DNA of 64,000 nt from Octopus vulgaris (taxonomy: Eukaryota). The first letter of the stretch is position 1, and each line of letters starts with the position of its first letter. Shown piece by piece: positions 1-13,824 of this stretch. The position numbers and the translations under genes were made by a program. Below the pieces are notes generated by a model. It saw only the letters and a list, made by a program, of their open reading frames with translations. It was not told where the DNA came from and searched no databases. Location of the stretch: NCBI GenBank assembly GCA_951406725.2, contig OX597837.1, forward strand, positions 930,001 to 994,000, in the 5' to 3' direction.

Positions 1-51
1 TGTGTATGTCTAAAAAAGAAAAAGATATGCACAAATACATGTGCAAATATG

Positions 52-96
<45 letters not shown>

Positions 97-147
97 GCAC
101 ATCTAAATATTTATTGTATATGTGTGTACATATATTCGGATGATTAT

Positions 148-200
<53 letters not shown>

Positions 201-269
201 ATATGCATACCCATGCATACATATATCTGTGTGTGTGTAAAGAACTTTAGAAAGTTCGATAGACGTTAG

Positions 270-541
270 CATAATTCGATTTTAACTGTGGAACTCGAAG
301 TAGATAAAGCTATAAATAATAAAATGTAAATACTACGTTAAAAAATCCTTTTAAATAGCAAAAGTCGCCGGTTGCCTGTGGGACACCTGCATACATCTTT
401 CCCCACGTTTATAGAAGACATAGGTCCAAGTCCTACGAGCAGCTTTCGACTTCTATCAAAAGGATTTTGTTACCCTATATTTACGTGCTAGTTTTTATAG
501 CTTTATCTACTTCGAGTTACACAGTAAATTGCGAATTATAT
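270..541. mobile_element. MITE-like element with ~100-bp imperfect terminal inverted repeats
   Basis: The left arm ataattcg..actgtggaactcgaagtagataaagctataaa..aaaatcctttt is the reverse complement of the right arm aaaaggatttt..tttatagctttatctacttcgagttacacagt..cgaattat. A related partial copy lies at ~1660-1800. Confidence 0.65.
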
Positions 542-691
542 ATTCGTGTATAAGTCGCACTATTTTATACTTGGTTTTTCAAGGAAGACGCTGTGATGCG
601 ACTTATATACGGAATAAAGCTAACTCTACGAAAGAAATGGAATTGTATACCAATATTCAAAACTAGAGTGCGGTTTAAGAGTAAATACGGT
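542..691. mobile_element. pogo/Tigger-like MITE remnant
   Basis: Internal inverted tataagtcgca/tgcgacttata. The terminal gagtaaatacgg (reverse complement ccgtatttactc) resembles CCGTA-type pogo-like MITE ends. Confidence 0.4.
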
Positions 692-757
<66 letters not shown>

Positions 758-1452
758 TCCATAACTGCAGCGTCTTGAATCTCTACTACAAGTTTCACAT
801 TGCCGATCATTGAAACGACTAAAGTAATGACGGAATGGGACATTATTTGCATGTAACTTCCGCACTTCATTCGTTTGAATAATCGCCAACGTGAAACTCA
901 CTGTTACAGTGCAAACCATTTTAGCTTCCAATAATAACACACACACACACACACACACTCTTTTACATATTGAGCACATTTTTTGTTAGTTTGTATCTAC
1001 AAAAGGAACACCACCCCACGCACCACCCCCCATACACACGTACATAATCTGTTGTATTCGATTAGATAATTACGTAAGGAATATTTAAAAAAACATCACT
1101 CAAAAATAAACAATAAATCTTCTTTTATCCTCGGAGAATTTGATAGGATTGTAACCAGGATAATACAATTGAAACATGAATAACAAAATATGTACACCCT
1201 AATACCCACGTACACACACACACACACACGTACATACAAACAGATACATATATAAATATACAAGTACCGGTCTTTAGTTGGCGTCATTGCAGCACCATTA
1301 ATGTGTGTATGTATGTGTATCAATATGTTTAGTTATATTGGAATATTTTATGGGTTGGCATTTCTTCAAGCTTGTAGTGAAGTAATATGCGTAACCACTT
1401 ACCTAATTATCAATGCATCCACCCACCAACAATCTTACACCTATATATATAG

Positions 1453-1495
<43 letters not shown>

Positions 1496-1659
1496 TATAT
1501 AGATAGATAGATATGTATAGATATACACACAATCACATGCGTATATTGTTTATGCACATCTTTAGAATCATATATATATATATGTTAACATGTGTATGCA
1601 CGTAGATATGGCTGACGCCATATAAATTTGTAAATTTCGAAAGGACGTCAAATAGTTCT

Positions 1660-1800
1660 ATTTTGGAACTGTGGATCTCGAAGCAGATGAAGCTATATTA
1701 ACTTGTAAATATTTGGTCAAAAAAAAGCAATTTGGAGAGCTCCACACGGTCAGCCTTCGACTTCTCTATCCATCGGGGTTTTTAACTCAATATTTCTTCT
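1660..1800. mobile_element. Partial copy of the 270-541 MITE family
   Basis: aactgtggatctcgaagcagatgaagctata and ttcgacttct match motifs of the 270-541 element. Confidence 0.45.
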
Positions 1801-2181
1801 ACTCTTTTACTTGATTCACTTATTTCACAGCGGCCATGCTGGAATACACCACCTTTAGTCGAACAAATCGACCCCAGGTCTTATTCCTTTGTAAACCTAG
1901 TGCTTATTCTATCGGTCTCTTTCGGCGAACCGCTATGTTACGGGGACGTAAACAAACCAACGTCGGTTATCGAGCGATGTTGGGGTGACAAACACAGACA
2001 CACAAATACATACATATATATACGACGGGCTTCTTTCAGTTTCCGTCTACTAAATCCTCTCACATGACTTTGGTCGACCCGAGGCTTTAGAAGACATCTC
2101 CCCAAGGTGCCAGGCAGTGGGACTGAACCCGGAATCGTGGTTGGAAAGCAAGCTTCTTTCCATTCAGCCACTCTTGCTCCT
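1800..2181 (-). mobile_element. tRNA-derived SINE family A (internal microsatellite)
   Basis: Reverse complement of the family seen at 39289 and 62222: head gtggctg..ccgggttcagtccc, core caccttgggcaagtgtcttct, tail gactaaaggcggtg..aagtaaaagagta. Confidence 0.85.
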
Positions 2182-2659
2182 AGCTTTTTATCCACACAAC
2201 CACTCCTGCGCCTTTAAGTATAGCTCGATCTGCTTCGAGATTCACTGTTTCAAAAAAGAAAAAAAAAAGAATTATCTAACTGTCAGCACACACACAAACG
2301 TGGTTTGGTATAAAGTGCGTAGCAACACATGTAGCTATTTAATTTGATCTCCATGTTATCAGTGACAGTCCATATTACAATCAGGGAGTTCCTGCCATAT
2401 ATGTACGCGGAAATGATGCCACGCCTTTTCATTGTCTGTGATACCGACAAAGGACGGTACCACATTCACGTAAAAGACCGATCATTTATTTCGTTGAAGT
2501 TCCATAACTTCACAGTTGTTTCCTTGCTAATGTTGTACGCCACTTCGTTAAAAGACTAAAAATTTCCCCACATTTATTATTGCTGACGAAACAATAGCAA
2601 AGACAGGAGTTTTTGAATACGCGTAATTCTGCATCAGCATATTCTCTGTTAGTTATGTG

Positions 2660-3035
2660 TGTGCAGGCGTGGCTGTGTGGTAAGAAGTTAGCTTCCTAAC
2701 CACAGGAATACGGGTTCAGTCCCATTGCGTTGTACCTTGGTCAAGTGTCTTCTATGACCTCGGGCTGGCCAAAGCCTTGTGGGTGGATTTGGTAGGTGGA
2801 AACTGAAAGCTCATCGTATGCACGAACACGCAGACGTACATATACAATGTATGTGCCTGACCTCTCCACTGCTTGACAACCGGTGCCGGTGTGTTTACGT
2901 CCCGGTAATTTAGAGGTACAGCAAAGCTGCTAATACAACAAACAACAAGCTTTACAAAAATATGTACTGGGGACAACTTATTTGTCCAGTACCCTTCAGT
3001 GCGCTGCCCTAAGTATGGTTATAGTCTACATACTG
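2660..3035 (+). mobile_element. SINE family A, diverged
   Basis: gcaggcgtggctgtgtggtaagaag..cgggttcagtccca..accttggtcaagtgtcttcta..gccaaagccttgtgggtggatttggtag. Confidence 0.8.
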
Positions 3036-3154
3036 AATATATATACTTAATTATTTGAACTTTGGTTGTATGTCTAGTAGTATACCGATTAAAGCACTTT
3101 GACCGTTTAGGCTACCTGATGTCATCCACACACATACACACACACACGAGAGAG

Positions 3155-3225
<71 letters not shown>

Positions 3226-3303
3226 AATAGATTGTTAAAGGCAAATGTTCTATACGAACTTTTATAAGCATATAAATTTTTTTTTTTGAAAAGTTATCAG
3301 CTC

Positions 3304-3462
3304 ATTACGTTCTGCGTTCAAATCCCGCCGAGTTCAGTTTTGTACTCCCTTCCTTCGAGGTTAATAAAACAAAGTACTAATGAAGTGCAGAGATCAATGT
3401 AATCAACTACGCCCTCCTCCTTCTCCTCTTAAAATTACTGGCCTTGTGCCAAAATCTGAAAG
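3304..3462 (+). mobile_element. SINE family B, 5'-truncated and diverged
   Basis: ttacgttctgcgttcaaatcccgccgag..ctggccttgtgccaaaatctgaaa. Confidence 0.6.
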
Positions 3463-4504
3463 CGATAGTTTTATTCAGATTCATAAATGAGTAGAGCTGA
3501 CTAAAACCAGTAGCATGGAATATTGAAAAATAAGTAAATATGCAGGAAAGACTCTTTCTCGCTCGCTCACTCTCCCTCCCTCTCTCTCTTCCTTCCGCTC
3601 TCTTTCTCTCACAACCTCTCTCTCTTCCTCTCCCTCTCTCTCTTCCTCCCCTCTCTCTCCACCCTCTCTCTCTCACTCACACTTATGTGAAATGTTTGTG
3701 TGCGTATAATGGTGTATAGCGTATATTTGACCCTTGGATATATTTCTTGGCACTCTGACCTTACGACGAATAACAAACACCACCACCGCTATCACAAACA
3801 TCACCACCACCATTATTATCATCACCCTCATCATCACCACTCCGTCAGAATAATCTTCATCACTTCCATTCCTACCATGGCGAACACCATAAATAATGAA
3901 CGCCAATTACTTGGGAGATTGTGAGGAAGAGGGGAAGGAGCTGAAAGTAGGTCGGTGGAATTGAGGGATCGGTTGTGGGGGTGAGTTGAAGTAAACCCTG
4001 TGCGAATGAGGTAAATAGGAAGGAGAGGGAATCGGGTGCGTAAGATCCATTTTTAGAGAAAGGGGCGTACAGGGGTGAGGAAGGAGAGGAAAAGAGAGAG
4101 AGAGGGGTTATTAATAGACGGTGGGGGAGAGGTGAGTGTTTGCGTGCGTCTTTGGAAGCAAGTCTGTGTGTGTGTGTACTTGTCCAGGTAGGTGGTGTTA
4201 TTGTGTGTGTCTGTTACCATAGGAACCGTAGGATCATTGCTAATTAAACTAATCCTGTAATGAGTAACTTCACAGAGGGACACAAAACTTTGTTGTCTCG
4301 GTGGTGGTGGTGGTGGTAGTCGCAATAGTAGGGGTTGTAGTGGACATTGTAGTAATGGTAGTGGTTTTGTGGTGGTGGTTCTCTTGGTGGTAGTGGTGGA
4401 GGTCTCGGTGGTAGCGCCATTAATTGTAATGATGGTGGGGGTTATTAGTTCTGGTCATCGTAATAGTGGTGGTATTTGTTTATAAAAAAAGGGACCTACG
4501 GAGG

Positions 4505-4546
<42 letters not shown>

Positions 4547-4897
4547 ACTCTCGCCATGAATGCCTGAGTATCTTAGTTATATAAATTTCTGGCAAGGATC
4601 GAGACACGTACATCACGCCTCAACGCTAACTCTTAACTCACACAACTTTTCGAACCTCCTTACTACCACCTCTCTCTCCCCACGTCCATCCTCTCCACCA
4701 CAACCACCACCTCCTCCACTGCTCACGCACATCTCCAGAAACTCCCTTATTTCACGCGAATAGGTCTCACACCCATTGATTAAAAAAAGTATCCCTTAAC
4801 ACACACACACTCACACACTTTCATTGACATACTAGCATATAAGGGCTCTGATAATCAGCTTGGAATTGTACATTGTCGCACACAAACACGCGCTCGT

Positions 4898-4999
<102 letters not shown>

Positions 5000-5281
5000 A
5001 CACACACATACACGCACACATACACGTGTGCGCACGCACAGAGACGCACATAATTTGTAACATGGCACTATCACACAAAAACCACTCCAGAATTTGTCAC
5101 TACTCTTTCTCTTCCTCTGTCGCTCTCCCGCATACACGCACACCCCCCCTGCTCCCTCTCTCTCTCTGGTTCTCTCTCTTTCTGGCACGCACACACGGAT
5201 GATGTACTCACAATTTCAAACATACACACACATACGCGCGCGCACTCCACAGTAACTGTGTCAAGCGAGGGCACTCCCGCT

Positions 5282-5460
5282 TGGTCGCACTCTCTGCTAG
5301 ATAAAGAAGTTAAATCTACCTCAAATTATAACTCACCGTTTTGGGAAAAGAATGGTCACGTTGGGTAATGTAGTGCTACATGTCATCTCTGAAATGACAG
5401 GATGGTCACATTTGGAAGATCTTTGATCATTGGTCAGTTCGATCGATGCTAACAACAACG
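5282..5460 (+). repeat. Dispersed repeat family E (short, SINE-like)
   Basis: ctgctaga..ggatggtcac..ggaa..ctttgatcat..aacaacaac. Related copies at ~8535-8615, 40650-40825, 41925-42140 and 42440-42525 (minus). Confidence 0.55.
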
Positions 5461-5874
5461 GTCTAAAAATTATTGTAAATGTCGAATGTGATGATAGAGA
5501 AGGGGGGATTAGCGAGATGGTGGGGTGGGTGGATGAGCCTGTGTTGGTGTCCGATTACTGTCATAACCGGTTTAATCCTTCCTAACACACGAAGCAACTC
5601 GATTAGATTTTCCTTGCCGGTAACGAAGTGGCGTAGTTGTTTGATCCTTCAGTCGTATAAAGTAATTAATATTCAATGTCCAATATACAAAGAAAATATA
5701 AGTAGTTTAAAATTAACTAATCAATATTGTGTGTGTGTGTGTACATATACACTCTCACACAAACACACGGAGTTCTTTCCACTATCTACAGACGCGTTTC
5801 AAATTGTATAACATCTAAATGATACATTTACGAAGAAACAATATGAGCAACACATTCATTGTGTGTGAGCGTTT

Positions 5875-6224
5875 GTCATTGGAACATCACCTTTAGTAGA
5901 ACAAGTCGAACCCAGGACTTATTCTTTGTAAGCCTAGTGTTTATGCTATCCGTCTATTTTGCCGAACCGCTAAGTTACAGGGACGTAAACACACCAACAT
6001 CAGATGTCAAGCGATGGTAGGGTGTCAAATACCCACGTACATGTGTGTGTGTGTGTATACGACGGGGTTCTTTCAGTTTCTGTCTACCGCATCCATTCAC
6101 AAGGCTTTGGTCGGCCCAAGACTATTGTAGAAGACACTTGCCCAAGGTGCCACGCAGTGGTACTGAACCTGGAACCATGTGGTTGATAAGCAAGCTTCTT
6201 ACCACATAGCCACTCCTGCGCCTA
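5875..6224 (-). mobile_element. SINE family A
   Basis: Contains gaagacacttgcccaaggtgccacgcagtggtactgaacc..accacatagccactcctgcgcct, the reverse complement of the family head. Confidence 0.85.
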
Positions 6225-6275
6225 TATAATATAACCGGAAAATAGAAATTAGAATGTTGTGTGTGTGTGAGTGAA

Positions 6276-6575
6276 AGTGCATAGCCTAGTGGTTAGTGTT
6301 GCACTGACGATTGTGACAACGTGGTTTCGATTCCTAGAACGAGTGTTGACTTGTGTTCTTGAGCAAAACACTTCATTTGACTTTGTTCTGCGGTCACTGG
6401 TCACTTCGTCATCTGACATGTGGCACGTCGTGTACCTCTACAGGTAACGTCGATTTGATGAAAGGAATCAGCTTTTGTGAACACAAACATTTAATCGCTA
6501 TAAACAAATCATGTGTGCGGTTGTTCAGCAAGAAATTGCAGACCCCTCATACGTCATCAAACGGCGGATGTGTCC
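6276..6575 (+). mobile_element. tRNA-derived SINE, family C group
   Basis: A-box-like tagcctagtggttag and B-box ggtttcgattcc, followed by gtgttcttgagcaaaacacttca. Confidence 0.6.
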
Positions 6576-6583
6576 ATGTTATA

Positions 6584-6812
6584 CAGGGTTGGCCAAAAGT
6601 CACCTGACAGTATATCAAACCCATTTAATTTCAAGATTTATTTACGTTGAACAACTGAATGAATTTGGTAAAAGCATCTAAATATGAAATATGAAAATTT
6701 TTCAAACCAAGTCCTTCTCGAACGACACATTTTCCCATTCAAGTCAATACCGAATTACAGATAGTATTTATGGAATTTTGATTTACTGTCGGATGACTTT
6801 TGGCCAACCCTA
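6584..6812. mobile_element. Tc1/mariner-type MITE, 29-bp TIRs, TA target duplication
   Basis: TA-cagggttggccaaaagtcacctgacagta ... tactgtcggatgacttttggccaacccta-TA (3 mismatches between TIRs); no ORF. Confidence 0.85.
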
Positions 6813-6816
6813 TATG

Positions 6817-6880
<64 letters not shown>

Positions 6881-7922
6881 GAGAGAGAGAGAGATAAAAT
6901 TGAGTGAAATGTCTATGCACAGCCACAAAAAGAGAATGTTGGACATTTAGACATCAAGATAATTCGGTGGCTACTGCAGTTTGTTATTTATCACCGAGCT
7001 AAGAACATTCGTTTAACCACGTAATATATCGTAGTTGCTGATACTACGAATACATATTATATATATATATATATAGTGTGTGTGTGAGATGAATGTGCAT
7101 GGGGCATGCCGTTTTTACATTGTAGTTTTTTCTGGTTGTTATATATGTAGTAATGTATAGATCTGCGGGTCTACCCTTCGTCTGCTTCTAGATATATCCG
7201 GGTCTCCAGCAGAGTATGTATTCTGCCATTGATTTCATCCCCATAATCATCGAACTTGCAATCAATATACTTATTTATCTTTCTACCTTATTTTACATTT
7301 CTCACAATATTCATCCTCCTCCTCCCTTATACACACTCACATGGTGTGTGTGTGTGTGTGTGTGTGTACGCACATATACACACTCGTGTGCTAACATGTA
7401 TACGTGTTCGTTCGATCGAATCATGAGTTTCTTACTATTCTCAAACGTACTTTCAGATATCGTCGTCTTTCGCCTGCAGAGCGCAATACATGAAACGCGA
7501 AGCACATACGCACACGTACACATTCGCCACATTCACATACATCTACACACACCTATATATTCGCATGTACATCCATGTGAGTGAATATCCAGGCGTTTAT
7601 TTGTCTATATCACTGTACATTGGTTTGGTTGAGTACGAAGAACATCAAAGAAAAGTATTTTGCTGAAGACTATATCTTTGATTTTGTATCCAATATAATT
7701 CCACCACTTAAACACAATCTTCCTTCAATATGCCAGTCACGCAAAACCTGGAGCTAAAAGTTCGCGTGGCTGCTTTTCTTCTCTCTCTTCTCTCTCTCCC
7801 TTTTCTTTCTCTCGTCCTATCTCTCATCCTATCTCTCTTTCTCTCTCTTATCTCATTTCTTTTTACCCTTTATCTTTCTCACCTCTCTCTCTCTCTCTCT
7901 TTCTGGCTATCGGTCTCTCTTT

Positions 7923-7973
<51 letters not shown>

Positions 7974-8799
7974 AAGAGAGATGCTTGTACATGAAAGAGA
8001 GATGCTTGTACATATATATATACATGCCTATATATATATATGTGTGTGTGTACACACACACTCACATATTTATAGGCACACGCGCAAACATTTTATATAT
8101 CTATGTATGTATATATTATGCTTTCAAATATGCTTATATATATATTTGTGTGCATATATATACGTACATATTTGTGCTATGCACACTCACTTTCATTTCT
8201 ATTCCTCCCCCCACACACACACACACTCTCATCGAAATCAACCACAGGCACCAATCGCCATCCTACTCTAAATACAGACATCAACAGTAAAAATATCAAC
8301 ACTGCCAAAACCACCACCACCACCACCACCACCACCGTTACCGCCACCAAAACCACCACCACCACCACCACCACCACCGTTACAACCACCACCACCACCA
8401 CCACCACCACCATCATCATTAGCACCATCAACATCATCAAACGTCCAAATGTTCTTCAGATCACTCCCTCCTACCGACTTAAGTAAAAGATACAAAGAAT
8501 GTTGCTTATGCTATACAATGCCTCAGCATATAGTCTAGATGGTCACGGCTGAATCGCTTTTGAACAAGAGTCTGCTCATTGAGGACTTTCCTAGGACTAA
8601 ACCACACTAGCAGTAACATCTCAAACAGCGCCAACACCATATAAGGAGCTTCTGCATTGTTGCTTGATTTGCTAGGAGAAGCAACTAAATTTCATGCGGT
8701 TCTTATCAGATTTCTTGAAAGTGAGGGCACTTATGATAATTGATAACTCTTGGTGCGTTTTTCCTTGAAACGTATAACCTGAGGAACTTACCCCCAGTT

Positions 8800-9625
8800 A
8801 TTCCTGGTTTTGTATTGCTGCATTTGACGGGGACAATATTTGTATGGGATTTACGCTACAGACACACATGTGTATATATGATAACATTTTTGGTTTATGG
8901 AAACTATGTTCGTTTCTAGATGAGGTACCTATCATTTGGGAACATCTAGTACCCTTTGAAAGTTAGATGAGAATATAATCTCAAGAAGCAAGTATTTCCC
9001 AAAATTGCTCCTCGAGATATGATAATAAATGGTGCGAAGTGCCAGGTCCTGTCACCAGCCAAAGTATTGACTACAGAGGGCTGTCCTAAAGCTGAATACT
9101 TCATAGAAATTGAGATTCTTGGAAGTACAGTTGGAAATGAGGTAGAAGTGTTCGGAAGACTAAGAAACGCGATTAAAAGTTAAATAAATGTTCTCATTTT
9201 CCCCGCCCCTTGGCAAACATCAGAGAAACGGAAGGTTAGAAACATTGAACCTGTAGACTTGGATGTCATCTGATGGAAGGGATTAGGGTTTATACTAACA
9301 GAACCATTAAAAGACAGACATAGATATTCTTCTATAAGAAAAGTTCTGCTCCTGTGGTACCGCCTTAGCGAAGATTTTAGCAGGAAGCAACTGAAATGGC
9401 TTGACTATGTAATAATAAGGCCAGCAAGTAACAACGGAGCGACGGTCCTTCGCCACGACTCCACAAATCCCAGGAATAGTAGACAGCATCAGAAGTGGAT
9501 TCCAGAGACTGCTAAAGATACAAGTTTAATTTCAGGAATAGCAAATAGAACATTCGATGGAAGATGATGTCGGAAGTCCAGATTGTAGGAGAGAGAATGG
9601 ATCTAAAGCGGACCGAGCTATAAAG
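8800..9625 (+). mobile_element. Heavily decayed RTE-like LINE 3' fragment
   Basis: Plus-strand translations include LGSTVGNEVEVFGRLRNA and LKDRHRYSSIRKVL..RKQLKWLDYVIIRP, matching RTE post-RT motifs (LGS..EV..RI..A; DR..N..IR; RQLRW.GHV.R). Multiple stops and frameshifts. Confidence 0.5.
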
Positions 9626-9891
9626 TCAATACATACACACTCACGTATATAGCAGTGATGAATTTGGGAGGGGGGGCAAGACATGTTTTGACCCCCCACC
9701 ACCACCGTCGAGACAGAAGATAAACTGTTTTTGCTTCAAATTTTTTATAAATTTTACTGATATTTGGATAAGATGAGATTGATCATCGGAACCGATAATA
9801 TTTTCTTTATATAAAAATATTTAAAATCATTTTTATTAAATTCTCTCTTAAATTAAAATGTCTTACACTTCTGCACTATTTTCACCTCCAT

Positions 9892-9940
<49 letters not shown>

Positions 9941-9993
9941 GTTTAAATATTTGTTGTGCAAGATTTTTTATGTGAAGTCGTGTGTTGAAACAG

Positions 9994-10178
<185 letters not shown>

Positions 10179-10198
10179 ATATGTGACAATTATTCGGT

Positions 10199-10270
10199 AG
10201 CCAAGATAAAACTCTGAGTTTCGGATGCCGAGGTGGAAATCCACAACACCATCTCTTCGGTTATCTGGCC
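10199..10270 (-). ncRNA. Type I hammerhead ribozyme motif (U4C variant)
   Basis: Minus strand: ggccagataa-CCGAAGA-gatg(..gtgga tt tccac..)catcc-GAAA-ctc a gag-UU-ttatcttggct. Stem I has 10 bp with one bulge, stem II is closed by gatg/catc, and helix III is palindromic. Confidence 0.65.
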
Positions 10271-10382
10271 TCACACACATTCTCTCTCTCTCTCTCTCTC
10301 TCTGTATGTATATTTTCCTGCATGTATCGACGTATAAATCTCTCTCGACAGGGTTGCATTCTCACCGATATAGCACAATTGA

Positions 10383-10616
10383 TAAGGCGGCGAGCTGGCA
10401 ATACCGTTAGCACGCCGGGCGAAATGCGTAGCTGTATTTCGTCTGTCGTTACGTTCTGAGTTCAAATTCCGCCGAGGTCGACTTTTCCTTTCATCCTTTC
10501 GGGGTCGATAAATTAAGTACCAGTTACGCACTGGGGTCGATGTAATCGACTTAATCCGTTTGTCTATCCTTGTTTGTCTCCTCTGTGTTTAGCCCCTTGT
10601 GGGTAATAAAGAAACG
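10383..10616 (+). mobile_element. SINE family B, young full-length copy with 16-bp TSD
   Basis: Head aaggcggcgagctggca, B-box gagttcaaattcc, core tttcatcctttcggggtcgataaattaagtaccag. The direct repeat gatatagcacaattga lies at 10367-10382 and 10617-10632. Confidence 0.92.
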
Positions 10617-10920
10617 GATATAGCACAATTGAATAGCAATTGTATCGGTATAGAAGCGACCTTAGATCCCAAAGATATGTCGGTCAACCATATTCTTGTT
10701 GATCGGCAGTCTCTAAGCAGTCTGTAACAGCTGTGGGTTTCTTTAAGCATCTTAGCTATATGTATACAAGTGTATGTGTGTATAGATGTATGTAATGAAA
10801 ATGCTGATGGCGACGGATGCAGAGTTCGGTGATAAATAGCCCGTCTTTTGTCACTTCACACAATATCTTATTTCTTTGCGTGTGTATAAAACACACGCAC
10901 ATACATACACTCACACAGAA

Positions 10921-10961
<41 letters not shown>

Positions 10962-11561
10962 CATCTGAGGAGTATTATTTGTGCTATGGAACGCAAAAAA
11001 GCGTAAACTTTACGTGTGTAGAAGAAAAACAAAATGGCGTAGAAAAGTGCGTTTGAGATTGTGTTTGTGATGGGAAAGGCGTTGAAATTCGCATCAGAAA
11101 CAAGCAATAACAACAGGAAGGAAACCAATAAAATCATCAACAGTAGAAACAATAACCAAGGCAGCTTAGAGAAATCGACCGAATTTAAAATTACTCTAAA
11201 AACACCGAGAAGAACAAAAAAAAAAACAAAAAACAGCGCCAGGAATATTAACAAGGACGAAATTGCTGACACCAACCACAACTCCGCCAACAATTATCAG
11301 AACTGCGCAAAGAAAAACATAAACTTGTAATTTGGTGACGATAAAAATATAGTATTGATAACAACAGTCACAACAAAGATGGCTACAACCACCACATCGA
11401 TCATCATCACCATCATAACAATCACCATCACCAAAGCTATCACTTCTACTAATATTATTACGAAGCCCACGGCACGGCTTTGATAAAAACTTTATTGTTC
11501 ATAACAGCAATTTTTGATAGTAGTAGTAGTATTAGTAGTGGTGATTGTGTCTCTTATCTGT

Positions 11562-12577
<1,016 letters not shown>

Positions 12578-13015
12578 TTTCTGAAAAGTGGCTGTCCCCT
12601 CATGCACAATCCTTCTCCACCTGCTACAATCAATAGCTATTCATTCCCATGTGTCAGGAGAGATGCAAGCATATTTTAAGGAAGCTTTCAGCAAGTCCTA
12701 TACCTCTTTTTCTGGTTTATGTGGAGGTCGTTCTCTTTAGCTAACTCTCCATAAAAGAGTTGTTTTGGCATCCTTGAATCCTTCATCCTGACCAGATGAC
12801 CACTCCATCTAAGCCTTTGCTTTAACACAAGAGCTTCTATTCTTCCACACCGAGAGCCCTCCAATATTTCAAGATCATTGATGCGGTCCTTCCACTTAAT
12901 GCCATAGTTCCGTTTGAGGCACATCTGATGGTAACGTTCTAGTTGTTTAAGGTGGTATCGATATGTGATCCACGTCTCGCAGGCATAGAGAAGAGAAGGG
13001 AGCACACATGCCTTG
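12578..13015 (-). mobile_element. RTE-clade LINE, inverted segment (post-RT region)
   Basis: ACVLPSLLYACETW..LERYHQMCLKR..W.DRI..LRWSGHLVRMKDSRMPKQLFYGEL..KKRY, then [23 protein letters not shown]. Confidence 0.9.
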
Positions 13016-13433
13016 TCAGGAAGGGCATCGCTGTTACACTCCCAGAAAGGAAGGGTCTTCCTTTGATGCTGACAGGCAATGTCTTTGCAAGACCCTGCCT
13101 CAGTAAAGCTGGACTCAAGAGTCATCTTCATAGTCATAAAACGAGACAGATGAGTGACAACCTGGCCACTGGTGGTGGTGTAACACACCATACCAATCAT
13201 ATCTCTCGGGCATGTAGAAGAGTGTGTAATTCGGCAGGAGGACTTAAACGACATGCAAAAGTACATGAAGCACAGTTACAACTACAGCCGGCTATTACCA
13301 GTAAAGGTTTTAGTTGCCAATTTTGTACAAAATATTGTAGGTCTTTAGCTGGGCTAAAAAGTCACATTCGATCACAACACCAGTAACAGTTAAGCTTCGT
13401 GCAATGGCCATACTCGATAACGAGGGGGCAGCC

Positions 13434-13434
<1 letters not shown>
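13007..13434 (+). mobile_element. RTE-clade LINE 3' end with C2H2 zinc fingers and short 3' UTR
   Basis: CRRVCNSAGGLKRHAKVH and CQFCTKYCRSLAGLKSHIRSQH, plus a decayed PCLSKAGLKSHLHSH. Stop at 13386, ~50-nt UTR, then (TA)n. Confidence 0.8.
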
Positions 13435-13469
<35 letters not shown>

Positions 13470-13747
13470 ATCGAGAGCCTTCTCTACGTTTTAAGTTACC
13501 GCCATTGTCTTGAAGCTGTTTATGATCTGTTTGTCCCCGTCGGCCATATTGGTTTCGAGTTTTCTGGCAAAAGCATGACTGCATCTTAATACAAATACTC
13601 TCTTGCACATACAACACGAATTCATGTTTTTATTACTTACATTAAGTCGGCACATACTTTATCGACTTCTCTGGGCCAAACAACTAGGTTATATATACAT
13701 AAATAAACCATCACAAATTGTATATCGCTGAGGGGCACACAGAACAG

Positions 13748-13824
<77 letters not shown>

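Noticed and set aside
10868-11330. Hydrophobic 141-aa minus-strand ORF and N/K-rich plus-strand ORF
   Set aside because: Low-complexity A-rich sequence with no recognisable domain or splice context.
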